Shown: positions 14,131 to 26,651 of the stretch, in pieces
Layout: each line of letters begins with the position of its first letter
Numbering within the stretch: the stretch's first letter is position 1
Notes under the pieces: model-generated
What the model saw: the letters and a program-made list of their open reading frames with translations, nothing else
Told to the model about the DNA's origin: nothing
The model's database searches: none
Made by a program: the position numbers and the translations under genes
Source: Octopus sinensis
Taxonomy: Eukaryota
NCBI RefSeq assembly: GCF_006345805.1
Contig: NW_021832961.1
Span: 1 to 29,639, forward strand
Direction of reading: 5' to 3'
DNA length: 29,639 bases

Positions 14131-16149
14131 GATAATTTGTAATATGTTGACACATACATTATGTATCAGTTAACAATTTGGGTAGCTGGCATGTATATTC
14201 GGTTCAATCCAATGTCTAAGATATATGCACACCTAAACACCTCATTGTACTTGTATATAAAACCATTATTTTTTTTAAAAATCATCCTATACTCCTCGTT
14301 CTGATTGTTAATGTATCCTTATCACTGTGAGATATAACTGCTAAAGTAGTGACGTGTGCTGTTCACCAATCGCAAGGTAATGAAGGTCTCGGCAAGCCCA
14401 GATGCCAAACGGTTTCAATTCCACGTAGAAGCTGCGTCACTTCATTTAAAACATTACATTTTTCCTTTTCTTTGGCGTATGAGGAGGGGAACCATGGACA
14501 AAGCCGTGTCCATGATTCCCCCCTTCTGTGTATACAATACTTGGGCCTTGTGTGCCCAGTCAAAAAGAAACCAAATCCTATTGCTAGGTTAGTATTGAGC
14601 TAATTGCCATAGCATATTACTGGCAACATCTCAATATACAAAATCTGCAATCCGGTTTCGCTCTCCCGTTGGAACAATTTCTTTTCTCCTTTATTTTTTT
14701 AAAATTCAACTTCCTTGAATGAAAGCATGAACATTAAAGTCTTTTTATCTCACCCTCTTTTAAAAATAATGATTGTTTAGTGTTCATCTGTAAAAATGAC
14801 CATGCAGAATTAAATAGGCGCAGTTGACTTGGCGATTTTCATTAACATCTTCAGTGTGTTGTGTTGTGTTGGAGAGATTGAACCCCATCTCAATACGATT
14901 ACTTTTCATTTTAACACCCGGGGATTCCAAGAAAAAAAATTGTCCTGAGATTAGGAAATTACAAGTGTATACGACTTAATACTACTATACTAACACACTC
15001 ATGTTTAATCCTTTTCAGTGTGTTCATCTGTTTGAGAGAACTTTTGATGAAGAGCGCTCCAAGATGACAATCTAGAACCACGTTATCGAATCCCGCCCTT
15101 CGTTTTATGTGGTCAAGAGATCACTTGGCTGCAGTTTCTAACATGTTTAATGACTGTGTAATGCAGCTGTTTTGGGACCATTTTACAATCATAGATTGGT
15201 GAATTGTAAGTTCAAGTTGTATGTGTGCACTCTGCTCTAAGAAAAGCAATAAGCTTTAATTTAATCACTCACTCCTCACAGTATATATATATATATATAA
15301 ATATATATGGGAAGCAGAGTGGTGAAAAAAAATTATAGTTCTCCAGATTTGAGAACTTTTAAATTTGTAAAACCTTCAACAGAATTTAGGTTAAAGGTTT
15401 CATGCTTTCATGGGGGCCCGCATCCTTTGAATTGAGACTTATCTCTTTCAATAAACCAATAAATGAGATGTTTTGATATTCGGAGCTTCAATCTTTTCAG
15501 CTGAAAATTTCTTAGGTTCAACAATTTTTTAATATATATCTAACGATTTGATTAAAAATAGGTTTCTGCTATAATACGAGTTTATCTATATTTATGTCAG
15601 TTATAAGCCTAGGTGAAATAAATTTTTTAATATTGATATCCAGAAAGGTGGTATTAATATCTCATCCTCTTAATATTATTTGCTTGAATTTAGTTAAGGG
15701 CTTCCTTGAAATTACTCCTTTCCAGTTCGATAAAATTTGGTACAGTTTGATCCATACATCAATTCACTTCCTCTTTAAATACCTATGTAGGATTGCGTCA
15801 ATTAAAAAAACCCAGCATTGTTATTATGTAAAATATATGCTAAACAATATAAATAATTTATATTAGTGTAGCAGCGTGCACAGACTTCATAAAGACTTTA
15901 ACTTCCGGTTCACCAAATCCGTAAACCCTGTCTATGTTTGAATCCACTGCATTTCGATCGAATATCTCATGCGATAATGCATAATTCACCATATATCCCA
16001 TATGGTAATACATAATTGTTAACATCATTTATTTTTTACATGCATATATATAATATATGGCATGCTACCTTTTATACTGACTCAAAACTATATTTTTCAT
16101 TTAGGTTGGGACATTATTTGCGGTACATGTTTAGGTTCTTTGCATCGTA

Positions 16150-16287
16150 ATTTCAAATCCCACCGAGGTCTATCTTAGCTTTTAATCATCCTGGAGTCGA
16201 TAAAATAATGTGCCAGTTACGTACTTAGTTTAATATTGTCGGTTATATAATTCTCTTAAAATTCTGGTCTTGTGCCTTCGTTAGAAT
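16150..16287 (+). mobile_element. tRNA-derived SINE, family B
   Basis: TTCAAATCCCACCGAGGTC ... GAGTCGATAAAATAA ... AAATTCTGGTCTTGTGCCTTCGTTAGAA aligns end to end with the reverse complement of 17393-17528. Confidence 0.75.
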
Positions 16288-17392
16288 TAATTAATTTTAT
16301 CGCTTTAACAACGTAATAATGTTGATCATTCTATTATGCCTTAGTTAAGATGTTATGACATTTATCATATTCAAATAAGTCCGGTCTTAGTAATTATTTT
16401 CAACATAATTTTCTAGATTCAACCAAGAAGTAATTAACAATATTCATCAATATCGCATAAGTTGGGGAAATTAGTGCACTAAAGAAAATTATATTCGCTT
16501 TTATCTGAAGAATTTCTTGCATAAAATAAACATCGAAGTAAATCCTAGCAGAGAATTATTCTAAGAAAATAAGTAATCTGAAATATTGGTAATGGTTTGT
16601 AAAATAAAATCAAGTAGGTTTTTCCCTGGAGAAAAGGGAGTTCTGTTTTTTTTTTTTTTTTTTTTTTTAGGAGAATTCCCCTTCGAAAACGAAACGGTTA
16701 CCTCCTAAGCATTGCATTCGAAATTACCTGATTAGATTAAGGTTATTTAACCAAATAACAGCCAAAGCTTTGGATAACAGATTAGTCTTTAAAAAGAGAA
16801 AAAATGTTTTGGTAGGTTTTGACGTAAGTGAATTTTAGTAGAAATTTGTATGAGTTGTATGTCAGCGAATAAGCAAAAAGCAGTTTTAGCGGGTTTCTTT
16901 GATCTCAACTGTTTCTAATTGTAGACTAGGAAATTCGCTAACCAATAGCATTTCCCAAATGTTATGAGATGGTTCATTCAAAAGAATCGTAACATAAACA
17001 GAGCGATTTTTTTTTAAGTTGCTAAGACTGAAGGAATGGGCGAGCCAGTGATCTCTTCAGGCTCTTCGACACTGGTGAGACTGATGTCGTAATTGTTCTC
17101 TTTAAACTGTTGCAGTTCAACACCCACAGGATTGATATGAGCAGGGGGAATATACCAGAGGATCGAAGTATATGAGACGTAAGAATACGCATAGTGGTTA
17201 ATGCAGGAACAGGAGGATTAGGCACAATAAGGGTACCATGTGGTGCACTGACAAATGAGGCTATGACGCCTGTTGATGGCATATTTCTTCTTCGTTGCGA
17301 ATAGAAATTCAAAATTATAAATTCACATTAAACTAAATATTCTGAAACAGAAGGTTAATTTTTCTTCTTCATGAAATCGTTCCGTAAAATAT

Positions 17393-17589
17393 TTCTAATT
17401 AAGGCATAATGTCTGAAATTTGGAGGAGAGTGCTAATCGATTACATCGGCCCCAGTGAGAACTTAACGCGTACTTTCATCAACGCCTGAAGGATTAGAAA
17501 CACAATAGATCTCGGCGGGATTTGAACCAAGAGAGTAAAGAGCCAGCAGAAATAACGCAAGGCACTTTGTCGACTGTCTAACTATTCTG
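17393..17589 (-). mobile_element. tRNA-derived SINE, family B, near full length
   Basis: The minus strand reads CAGAATAGTTAGAC (A-box-like) ... GGTTCAAATCCCGCCGAG (B box) ... ACTGGGGCCGATGTAATCGA ... AAATTTCAGACATTATGCCTTAATTAGAA. It resembles an abundant octopus SINE as I recall it. Confidence 0.8.
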
Positions 17590-17777
17590 ACATAATCGGG
17601 GAACGTGTATTTGGAGGATGGGACAAAAAGAAGTTAAATGTTCATGCGTATCATTTTAATGAATGCGTTAAAATATAAACTATTTATGTAATAGTGGTAT
17701 CACACACAATGCTAGACATTTTAAAGAAGGAGTACAGACGATATTACTCTTAATACTCCACGCCTGCTTTCACTCAA

Positions 17778-17828
17778 AGTTGAAAGGCAATATCGGCTAT
17801 GGTGGATTTTTGAACTCAGAACGAAAGG
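17778..17828 (-). mobile_element. SINE family B fragment
   Basis: The minus strand reads CGTTCTGAGTTCAAAAATCCACCATAGCCGATATTGCCTTTCAAC. Confidence 0.6.
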
Positions 17829-18457
17829 GAAACAAAATCAAATTTTGTAGTACATAATTACTTTATTTGGGATTCAACTTTTTCTGTCCCTTACGCTTTA
17901 TTATAGTGAGTAAAGTGTCATTCTAAGAAGATATTTTGCCGAAGTGAAAGAAATTCTAACCCGCTTACTGGTATATTCCCGTTAAAAATATACATTGAGC
18001 GCATTTATGTTTGTGTAAGGTATATTCCTTACTTTCTACACAGATATATTTCCATGGGCGTTTTAAAGAAATAATATCAAAATATTTAGAGGAAAGAATT
18101 ACGTCTACTTCTAAGTACATCTTTCTTTAAAATGTAGAAGTATGTACGTATCGAATAGAATTCAAATTTCCCCCATGGTACACGCACATTGCTATTTTCA
18201 TATTTAGCATTAAAAACCGCGTAAAGCATCTTTTAAAAACGTGGTCAGTGATGACACAAAAATTAGTTATATCTCTATTCCCCGGGTGTCTAAGTTCAAA
18301 TTTCATATAATGTGTGTTTTTTTTTTATCACCTGTCTCTAATCCTTAACAAAAAAATAAAAAATATATAATCTCCAGTAAGTCTGACACATCTGGGTAGA
18401 AGGACTAAAATAAATAAAAATTAAATAAAAGTATGTCTTAAATATTTCAGCATGGAA

Positions 18458-18489
<32 letters not shown>

Positions 18490-18682
18490 GATCTAGATAT
18501 ATATATACATCTATATAACACTTAAAAATAAATAACAAAAAATAAAATAAAATTAAATGGTCTTGCACTGAAATGGTTGCATTTAAATAAAATTTCCATT
18601 TATTTTTTTGTTCTTCCATCTTCTTGTTCCTTATTTTTTCCCTTTTTATTTATACTGAAGTTGATCCTGCATTCGATCTAAG

Positions 18683-18684
<2 letters not shown>

Positions 18685-18728
<44 letters not shown>
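18685..18728. repeat. (TTA)n microsatellite
   Basis: Perfect trinucleotide run. Confidence 0.95.
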
Positions 18729-19905
18729 GCTACTACTACTTTGATCTATGTTCGTTATTAAGTGTTTGTTTACCTTCTTAATCAATGATAAATATTTCAG
18801 TTGACTGATACGTAAATGGATAATTAAAATAAAATATAATAGAAAATAAAGGTTTATCATTACATTTTAATCAATGAACTAATTAATTGATTATATACTT
18901 TCTCATCTTAGGAGACTATTTTTGATACTGAAGTTCTTAGTTTTCATAACTTGAAGTTTAGTTCGGGATTTTAAACTAATCTAGTCAGTTTTATTTCTGT
19001 CAAAATTTCTTAATATTATAAAATAATATACAGCATAATATTGTGAATTCCTATCTATTTCTATCATCAACTGAAAGATTTATATAATAAATGAAGTTGT
19101 TCTTACAGACATTATAAATTATAAAGACTGTATATCATTAACTTACACTTGAGAAGTTACTTTTTTTCTTTTTAACGTGGATATTTCTAATTATTAATTA
19201 AAAGGCATTTAAACACACTTTCCTTAAAATTTGTTGTTACAATGTTAATATTTTCCATTTTGAGAGACATACTCAGAAGAAAAAAAAAGGGGGGGATCGG
19301 ATCTTCTTCAGTTTCGACGATGATTCAGTTGAAAACCATTGTCCTACTTGCTCATTGAATTAGACAAATGTACTAATTCTAATGCAAAATCAGCCTCATA
19401 AACGTAGGCGATAAGGCTGACCGTTCAAAGTAAAGGTATAGTCCATCGGACTGGATCCAGTTTCCGCCAACCCAAATTCATTCAGAATTTTTTGTGAACT
19501 AAATTTTGATATTTCCACAGTTTCATTTCCTGTTCAAAATGTTGCCTATCCACATTTCTTTACAAAATTCTTCTCATTTACATTCATTTGTTTCTCTTAT
19601 TTACACATCAAATCGTTTAACATTTTCTCAATGACTGCATTTTACTAAATTGTAAACACAATTTTCTTTTTCTTTTTTTTTTTTTTGAAATTTTTGCAGA
19701 ATAAATTATAATATAACCTGTTCTCTGATGAATCATTTTTCCATCAATTTACTTAGAATTATCCACGCTAAAAAGAAGAAAATATATATATTTATAAATA
19801 TATTTTTCTGTTAATAATTTTTCCTAAACATCTTATTTCAGAATTGATAACAATCAATTATTTTCCCCCTGTAGATCTTTTCAACGACTTCAAAAAAAAA
19901 AAATT

Positions 19906-19937
<32 letters not shown>

Positions 19938-20199
19938 GATAATAAAAATATAAAAAAGTACAATCCAAAACAACAAAAGACCCAAAGTTCTTCAGATATG
20001 CTTGGAGTTATATTTACGGAAACAAAATCCATCAACACGACAAGGCATTGCATTAACTTCTCCATATGAAAGGATCTGCGCGAAATTTTTATTTCACCGA
20101 ACCGAAAATTATTTCTCTCGGCTATGGATATTTTCCTTCTCCCACAGCAACTAACTTAGGTGAGCTACTTTCTCTGATGCGATGGGTTTGCTATATATA

Positions 20200-20245
<46 letters not shown>

Positions 20246-20925
20246 CATATATATATATATATAATTCTGCCAACATTTTTACCTATCTCACCTTTTTTTA
20301 AAAAAAAGAACTTGGACCTTAAACTAAAAAAAAATATTGATTGAATGAAAAAGTAATATAAAAGCCAAAACAAAACAAAAGAAAAAATAACAAAGGATAA
20401 AAAAAATTTAAACTATTTTCACAGTTTATGATATTGAGTTCGTACATTTGTTATTCAAACTATTTTTTTTCTCTCATGTTTATATTGTATTATATCAAAT
20501 TGTAAAACCAACCTTGTAACACATCTCACATTGATTTTTTTCCCTGTTTTTAGTAAATGTTTTAAATAAGTTGAAATTTGATGGATTTTTATTTTACTTT
20601 TCTCAATGTGTTTTGTTCTTCGTTGTTTGTTAGTAAACAATTTGTTATTGAAAGTTTGCTTATTTCATTCTAAGATAAACTACAACATATGCACTTGGTA
20701 CAGGTGTGAAATCTTAAGAATGAGAAAGAGATGTGATGTTAGCTTCTCTCAGATTACTCCGGTCTAAGACGACCATGCAAGGAATAATAATAATCATGCA
20801 CGTGTGTGTGTATATATATATACACATACACTAATCATAAGACGCATATACACACCATAGACACTTCAAACATAACAGATTTTAATTATGTAAAAGACAA
20901 AAACTACAAAATGGTTAAAACTTTA

Positions 20926-20959
<34 letters not shown>

Positions 20960-22066
20960 GAAAGCCGTGTTACTTTACTTTGATGTTTCTGCGTTAAGGA
21001 AATAAGACTAAAAATCCCAGGGTTGTTGAGTACTCTACAATTACTAGAATAATTACCTCCTCTCCCAATTTTATCGTTGTGTATATTGGCTATGCTACTT
21101 AGGACAGACAAGGTTTCCTGTACTTAAAACAAAACAAAATCCAAAAGCGCGAACTACTAGTAATTCTCATTAACATCCATTTTGATTACCTTCACTACGT
21201 TGGAGAATACAAGACTGATTCTATCTTTTTAGAACTTAGATATAAAATAATGTAAGACACTAACTATCGGTATATATTTGTTTTCAATGGAACTTATAAA
21301 GTTATATATGAATGAATATTTATAGTAACTTTTAATATATTCATTTTAGAAATGATTCACTGTATTTTAGCGTTAAAACAATGTAGACGAAATATACATA
21401 TATATCTTCGTAAATTAAACTGCGAAAAATATACTATTGATATTTATTTATGCTTTAATGATTGATAATTAAGCAACGAAGATTAGTTGTGTGTATATAA
21501 GAGAGGAATTTGAAATTTTAGATCCTCTCATTCTAATTACTGATTGCAAAGTGGTCACCAAAAAAATTGAGTGAAACGTAATAGTGTGAGTACAGACGCG
21601 TGTTCTAGTGGATAGGGTGTTTAGTGCAAGGGTGCTAGGTTACGGGTAGGACGAAGTGGCACGTTGTGATAATATTGAGGAAATGTATTCATTGTATGTT
21701 ATTATAGTACATCCACCTGAAAAGAAGTAAACTGTGGCAGAGTGAGCATTACCCTTCGTTACATTGGTGTTGAGTTTGGGGCCCATTGTTGTGGTCATGT
21801 ACTCTCAGATAAATCGAATTATATTCAGTTAGGTCCAGTTCTCATCCACTAATATAGAGCCAGAGGACTAATGGTGTGTAAGCGAATATGCAATATATAT
21901 ATATATAAGTATATATATTTGCGCGCACACTCACATTTTAATGTATATATATATATATATTCATATACTTATCTGTATGCATATTCATGTATGTTTATAT
22001 ATACAGACATGCATATACATGTATATATATATATATATATATTCATATGTATGCATATACATGTGT

Positions 22067-22104
<38 letters not shown>

Positions 22105-22123
<19 letters not shown>

Positions 22124-22212
22124 CACATATATATATAGACATATATATATGTATGTATGCACATATATATATAGACATATATATATGTATGTATGCACAT
22201 ATATATATAGAC
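22105..22212. repeat. Minisatellite, 3 x 36 bp (ATATATATATGTATGTATGCACATATATATATAGAC)
   Basis: Three exact tandem units at 22105, 22141 and 22177, inside a larger TA-rich field (about 21890-22250). Confidence 0.9.
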
Positions 22213-22424
22213 ATATATATATGTCTATATATATATCTATGTAAATACATTTGTGCGTGTATGTACATAAAGACACATATAACAGAATAATTATAAAGAG
22301 TGCACTATCGCAAAAATTAAAATGTAACAATTATATATAAGTGAAAGCATAGAACATATCGAATCAATTGCAAGTACAAAATATATTAATATACCTCTGA
22401 GAAGAAAAGATTGAATGAGATGAA

Positions 22425-22468
<44 letters not shown>

Positions 22469-22481
22469 ACACACACACACA
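22425..22481. repeat. (CA)n microsatellite
   Basis: Long CA run with one interruption. Similar runs at 24781-24840 and 29420-29570. Confidence 0.95.
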
Positions 22482-22745
22482 CGCACAAACGTGTAATATA
22501 TTTTTTTCCTGTCTTAATTTCCATGCCGGCATTGGTTAGACGAGAGTTTAAGACGATCAAATAGACAGTATAAGCGGTGTTGGATATATATATATATATA
22601 TATTTTGAATATTCTTATTTATAATATATGAAAATTTATTTCGTAACCAAACACCCAATGTTAGTCTATATTATTTAGTGTACATACTAAATATGTATAT
22701 AATTCATATATATTATAGGTACTTATTTGCTTACGTGGTTGCTTA

Positions 22746-22764
<19 letters not shown>

Positions 22765-22776
<12 letters not shown>

Positions 22777-23010
22777 AGGATATACATATATATGTATGCA
22801 TGTAAAGGGATATATATATAAGGATATACATACATATATATGCATGTATGCATAAGGATATATATATATATATATAAGGATATATATGTGATATATATAT
22901 ATTATATATATATATATGATATATATATATAAGGATATATATGTGATATATATATATTTATAATATATATATATGATATATATATATATGGATATATATA
23001 TATATATATT
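22765..23010. repeat. Degenerate (TA)n-AAGGATATA minisatellite
   Basis: AAGGATATA or close variants recur about 6 times, separated by TA runs. Confidence 0.75.
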
Positions 23011-23945
23011 TATGTATAAATACTTGAAATATATTTGTATATACTAACACATACGACACAGTCAGACATACTCACAGACACACACACACACACACACATA
23101 TGCATACATTGTATGTTCTTATGTATACATGCACAAATATTGAAATGCCATTTTAACAATACATATTCCATCTCATCTGAAGTCAAATGAGATTCTTATT
23201 ATTATGCACCTACAATAACTAACCCTCATCGGACCTCCCACCTCCAAAGACTTTTAAAGTGTAACATCCCGGTACCAGTCTAGCTCTTGTCTGCACAAGC
23301 CACGGATTACAGTATACGTGTATGCTGGCCACAATTTAGTACTGCCAGCTGTCCGGTGCACTTCGGGCCTTCACTAGTAGTGCTAGGGCAATTAAGCAAT
23401 AATGGCTTTGTACCGAGCCATTATTAAGACAATTTTTCTCTCGTTTTTGATAATGGTTGTTTATTAATTTGATATATACCAGAAAACTATATGTAAATAA
23501 ATATATTTGTGTGCACGTCCGTGCGTGTGCTCAAATAGATAATTTATATATACGCTTCTTATATAAATAAATTAATCTAGCATATGTATTTATATGTGTG
23601 TGATAAATACAACAAAATATTCGCCTGTTATCTTAGCATGGGTTAGAATAATGTATATAAATTATAAAATGGTAATATTAATTTTATTTGATAAGTGGAA
23701 GAATTTTTAGAGCATCCTAGAAAATGATTTGCATTAATTGATTAGGTAATTTGCCTAACAGGTACAAATCCTACAGGAATATCTTCACCTTTCGGCTTTT
23801 CGTATTCGATAAACTGCAGAACCAGAAAAGTACTAGGTTAAATAATATTAACTAAATTCATCTCGTCTAAATTGGTAGCATTGTGCCAAAATGAAGAAAA
23901 CCAGTGAAAGAGATGCACTGGCAAATGGCTTGGTAAAATTCGACT

Positions 23946-24045
23946 TAAATATCCACCGAGGTAATTTCCGGATGAGAGAACTAAGTTACCAGATGTGTAC
24001 TGGTGTACATGGTATCGATTAACAGCTTCTCAGGTCTTGTGACTG
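23946..24045 (+). mobile_element. Degraded SINE family B copy
   Basis: AAATATCCACCGAGGT ... TAAGTTACCAGATGTGTACTGG ... TCGATTAAC ... TCAGGTCTTGTG is colinear with 16150-16287. Confidence 0.5.
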
Positions 24046-24800
24046 AATACGGAAATTCATATATTTCAATATTTGATAACTTAAAGTGTATGTATGATTA
24101 TATACATGTATACATATGTAAAAATAAATTATGTTTTATGTGTACGGTATATTTATAGTAAATACGTGTGTGTGTGTGTGTGTGTGCTTATGTGATTTCT
24201 TCAAAATATGATAGATATAGAATTTACTGAGGAATAACGTAACATTTATATAGCATTTGTAAAAAATATAGAATATAAGATAGAATATAAATTGTATTTC
24301 TATATTTTTGTGATGTATAGATGTAGGTATAGATATATATATTTATGTATACAAAATGATATACGTATTTCATGTTCAATACAGGAACACAGATCACAGA
24401 AAATATATAATAAAGAAAAAGAAAATAAATTAAATTAAAATAGCGTACATAAGAATCTTATACCTACAAATTCTAACACATTTTGCATACATTAGGAAAA
24501 TACTAGTATACGTGTTCGTATAAGGTATACAAACACACACCATAAATAAATATTTGCATGTTGCATGACTTCCGTATAAAAACATGTATGATATACAAAT
24601 ACAAACAGTTATACATACATATGGATACCCCATTTCACGGACATATAAAAAACATATTAAGGATTACAGTTAACAAGTAAATTAATTATGAATATAAGAA
24701 TTCAAAACTTGCATCACTCAAAATCTGTATCACATATAAATATTTCATACACCATTTTAGAAAACTGTATAATCTTCCAACACACACACACACACACACA

Positions 24801-24843
<43 letters not shown>

Positions 24844-25565
24844 TCTATATATATATATATATATAGTGTAATACAATATAATGGGTGCATATTTTATGAA
24901 TCATAAATGTATAAAAATATATGACTTATATATTAGAGACGTTTTTTTTCTAATATAAATACCATAAATATGTTTTTTCGTATATAATTTTTCTATATAA
25001 TGTATATAGCGTATATGAGATAAATACTTGCAAAATATCATATGGAACAGTACACATTATATAGAATAAGTATTTAACACAAAAGCGAATTTAGTAATAT
25101 ATTACACGTTTTGTCAAATGTGTGTGTGTATGTGATAGAGAGAGAGAGAGAGAGAGAGAGTATCACAGAAAGGCACACATATATATATATATATATAAGC
25201 ATACAAGTACTATATATCTATATCCATGCATGAATACATTTAGTAAATATTTTTAATGCATATAATACAAATAAATTTCGTAGCTGTTGTTTAGTAAGTA
25301 ATAAGGCCTCGCAATTTCACAATTTATATTCGTGTCCCTCTAGTATATTGCATAAATATTAGCCGATCAATTTGTAGAATATTAGTGTTAATTACATGGG
25401 ATAAATTCTGATTTAAATTGGAGGAATTTATTGACATGAGCTGGTATCAAATTATATTGGATTAGAATGAGATTTATAAGCAAAATGTTGTGTGTATTCG
25501 AAATTAATATTTCTAGAAATAGGGATATTATTTATGATTATATACATACATACATACAAGCATAG

Positions 25566-25605
<40 letters not shown>

Positions 25606-25704
25606 CACATTTATATGAATATATATCTGAGCATTGTATACAAATATATATGTGTATTAGCATTATATATAAATATAAACAATGAATGCTATATATTTAT
25701 TGTA

Positions 25705-25742
<38 letters not shown>

Positions 25743-26090
25743 ATATATATATATACATATATATATATGTGTGTGTGTGTGTATTTATATATGTATGTGT
25801 ATATATATATGTGTGTGTGTGTGTGTATATATATACACAAAATATTGCGTTTATTATTACAATACATTATGTGTATATTATATACATATATATATAATCT
25901 CAGACACAACACACACATATATATATATATATATACACCTATATAGGCACACACATTACCAGTTCATTTGCATATGTCATGACAGCAAGGAGCATATAGG
26001 CTAAATTTTACACACACAACATAGACATGTATATTCGCATATTTTATGTGTGCGTATACATGCGTAGTTTTGAATATATAGTATTTATTC

Positions 26091-26400
26091 TTTTATTTGT
26101 TTCAGACATTTGGCTGCGGCCATGATGGAGAACTAATTTCAGTCGAGCAAATCGAACCCGGACTTATAATTTGTAAGTCTAGTACTTATTCCAAGAGTCT
26201 ATTTTGCTGAACCGTTAAATTACTGGGACGTAAACGCACCAACCTCGGATGTCAAGCAGGGAGGGGATGAGGCAGACGCGCGCGCACACACACACACAGA
26301 CACACACTCATATATATATATATATATGTACAACCGGCTTCTTTCAGTTTCCATCTACCAAATCCACCCACAAACTTGTGGAGAAGACACCTGCTTAAGG
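26091..26400 (-). mobile_element. SINE family A, head truncated, internal (CA)/(TA) microsatellite
   Basis: Its reverse complement is colinear with 26988-27389: GGAAACTGAAAGAA, TA/TG microsatellite, TTTACGT...GTAA, GACT...AGCATGGC tail. Confidence 0.85.
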
Positions 26401-26460
26401 TTCGACTAAAGGCGGTGCTCCAGCATGGCCGCAGTCAAATCAATGAAACAAGTAATAAAT
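26401..26460 (+). mobile_element. SINE family A 3' tail, directly abutting the inverted copy
   Basis: TTCGACTAAAGGCGGTGCTCCAGCATGGCCGCAGTCAAATCAATGAAACAAGTAATAAA. Confidence 0.85.
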
Positions 26461-26651
26461 TAAAGAGTAAAATAATACACACACCATTAATATATACACA
26501 TTAATGTATGCATATAAAGTCTTTATTTTATATATACAACCTTAAATCCATTGTAACACGAGATGGCATATGGAAATGAAATATATATATATTGATAGAA
26601 ATGGTAAGCCAACAAAAAAATGAACGAGACCTCGATATCATGTAACAATAA

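Noticed and set aside
19390-19461. 7-bp inverted repeat TCAGCCT/AGGCTGA and 12-bp palindrome ACTGGATCCAGT
   Set aside because: Within chance expectation for 30 kb; possibly an old TE remnant.
16640-19880. Other poly-T plus AG acceptors (about 16670, 19700, 19874)
   Set aside because: No matching branch point or donor. They illustrate the high background rate of chance splice signals.
23260-23450. GC-richer patch, and similar patches at about 8780-8900, 13080-13270, 15310-15560 and 29300-29415
   Set aside because: Probably interspersed repeat fragments, but there is no second copy in the window and I cannot assign a family.
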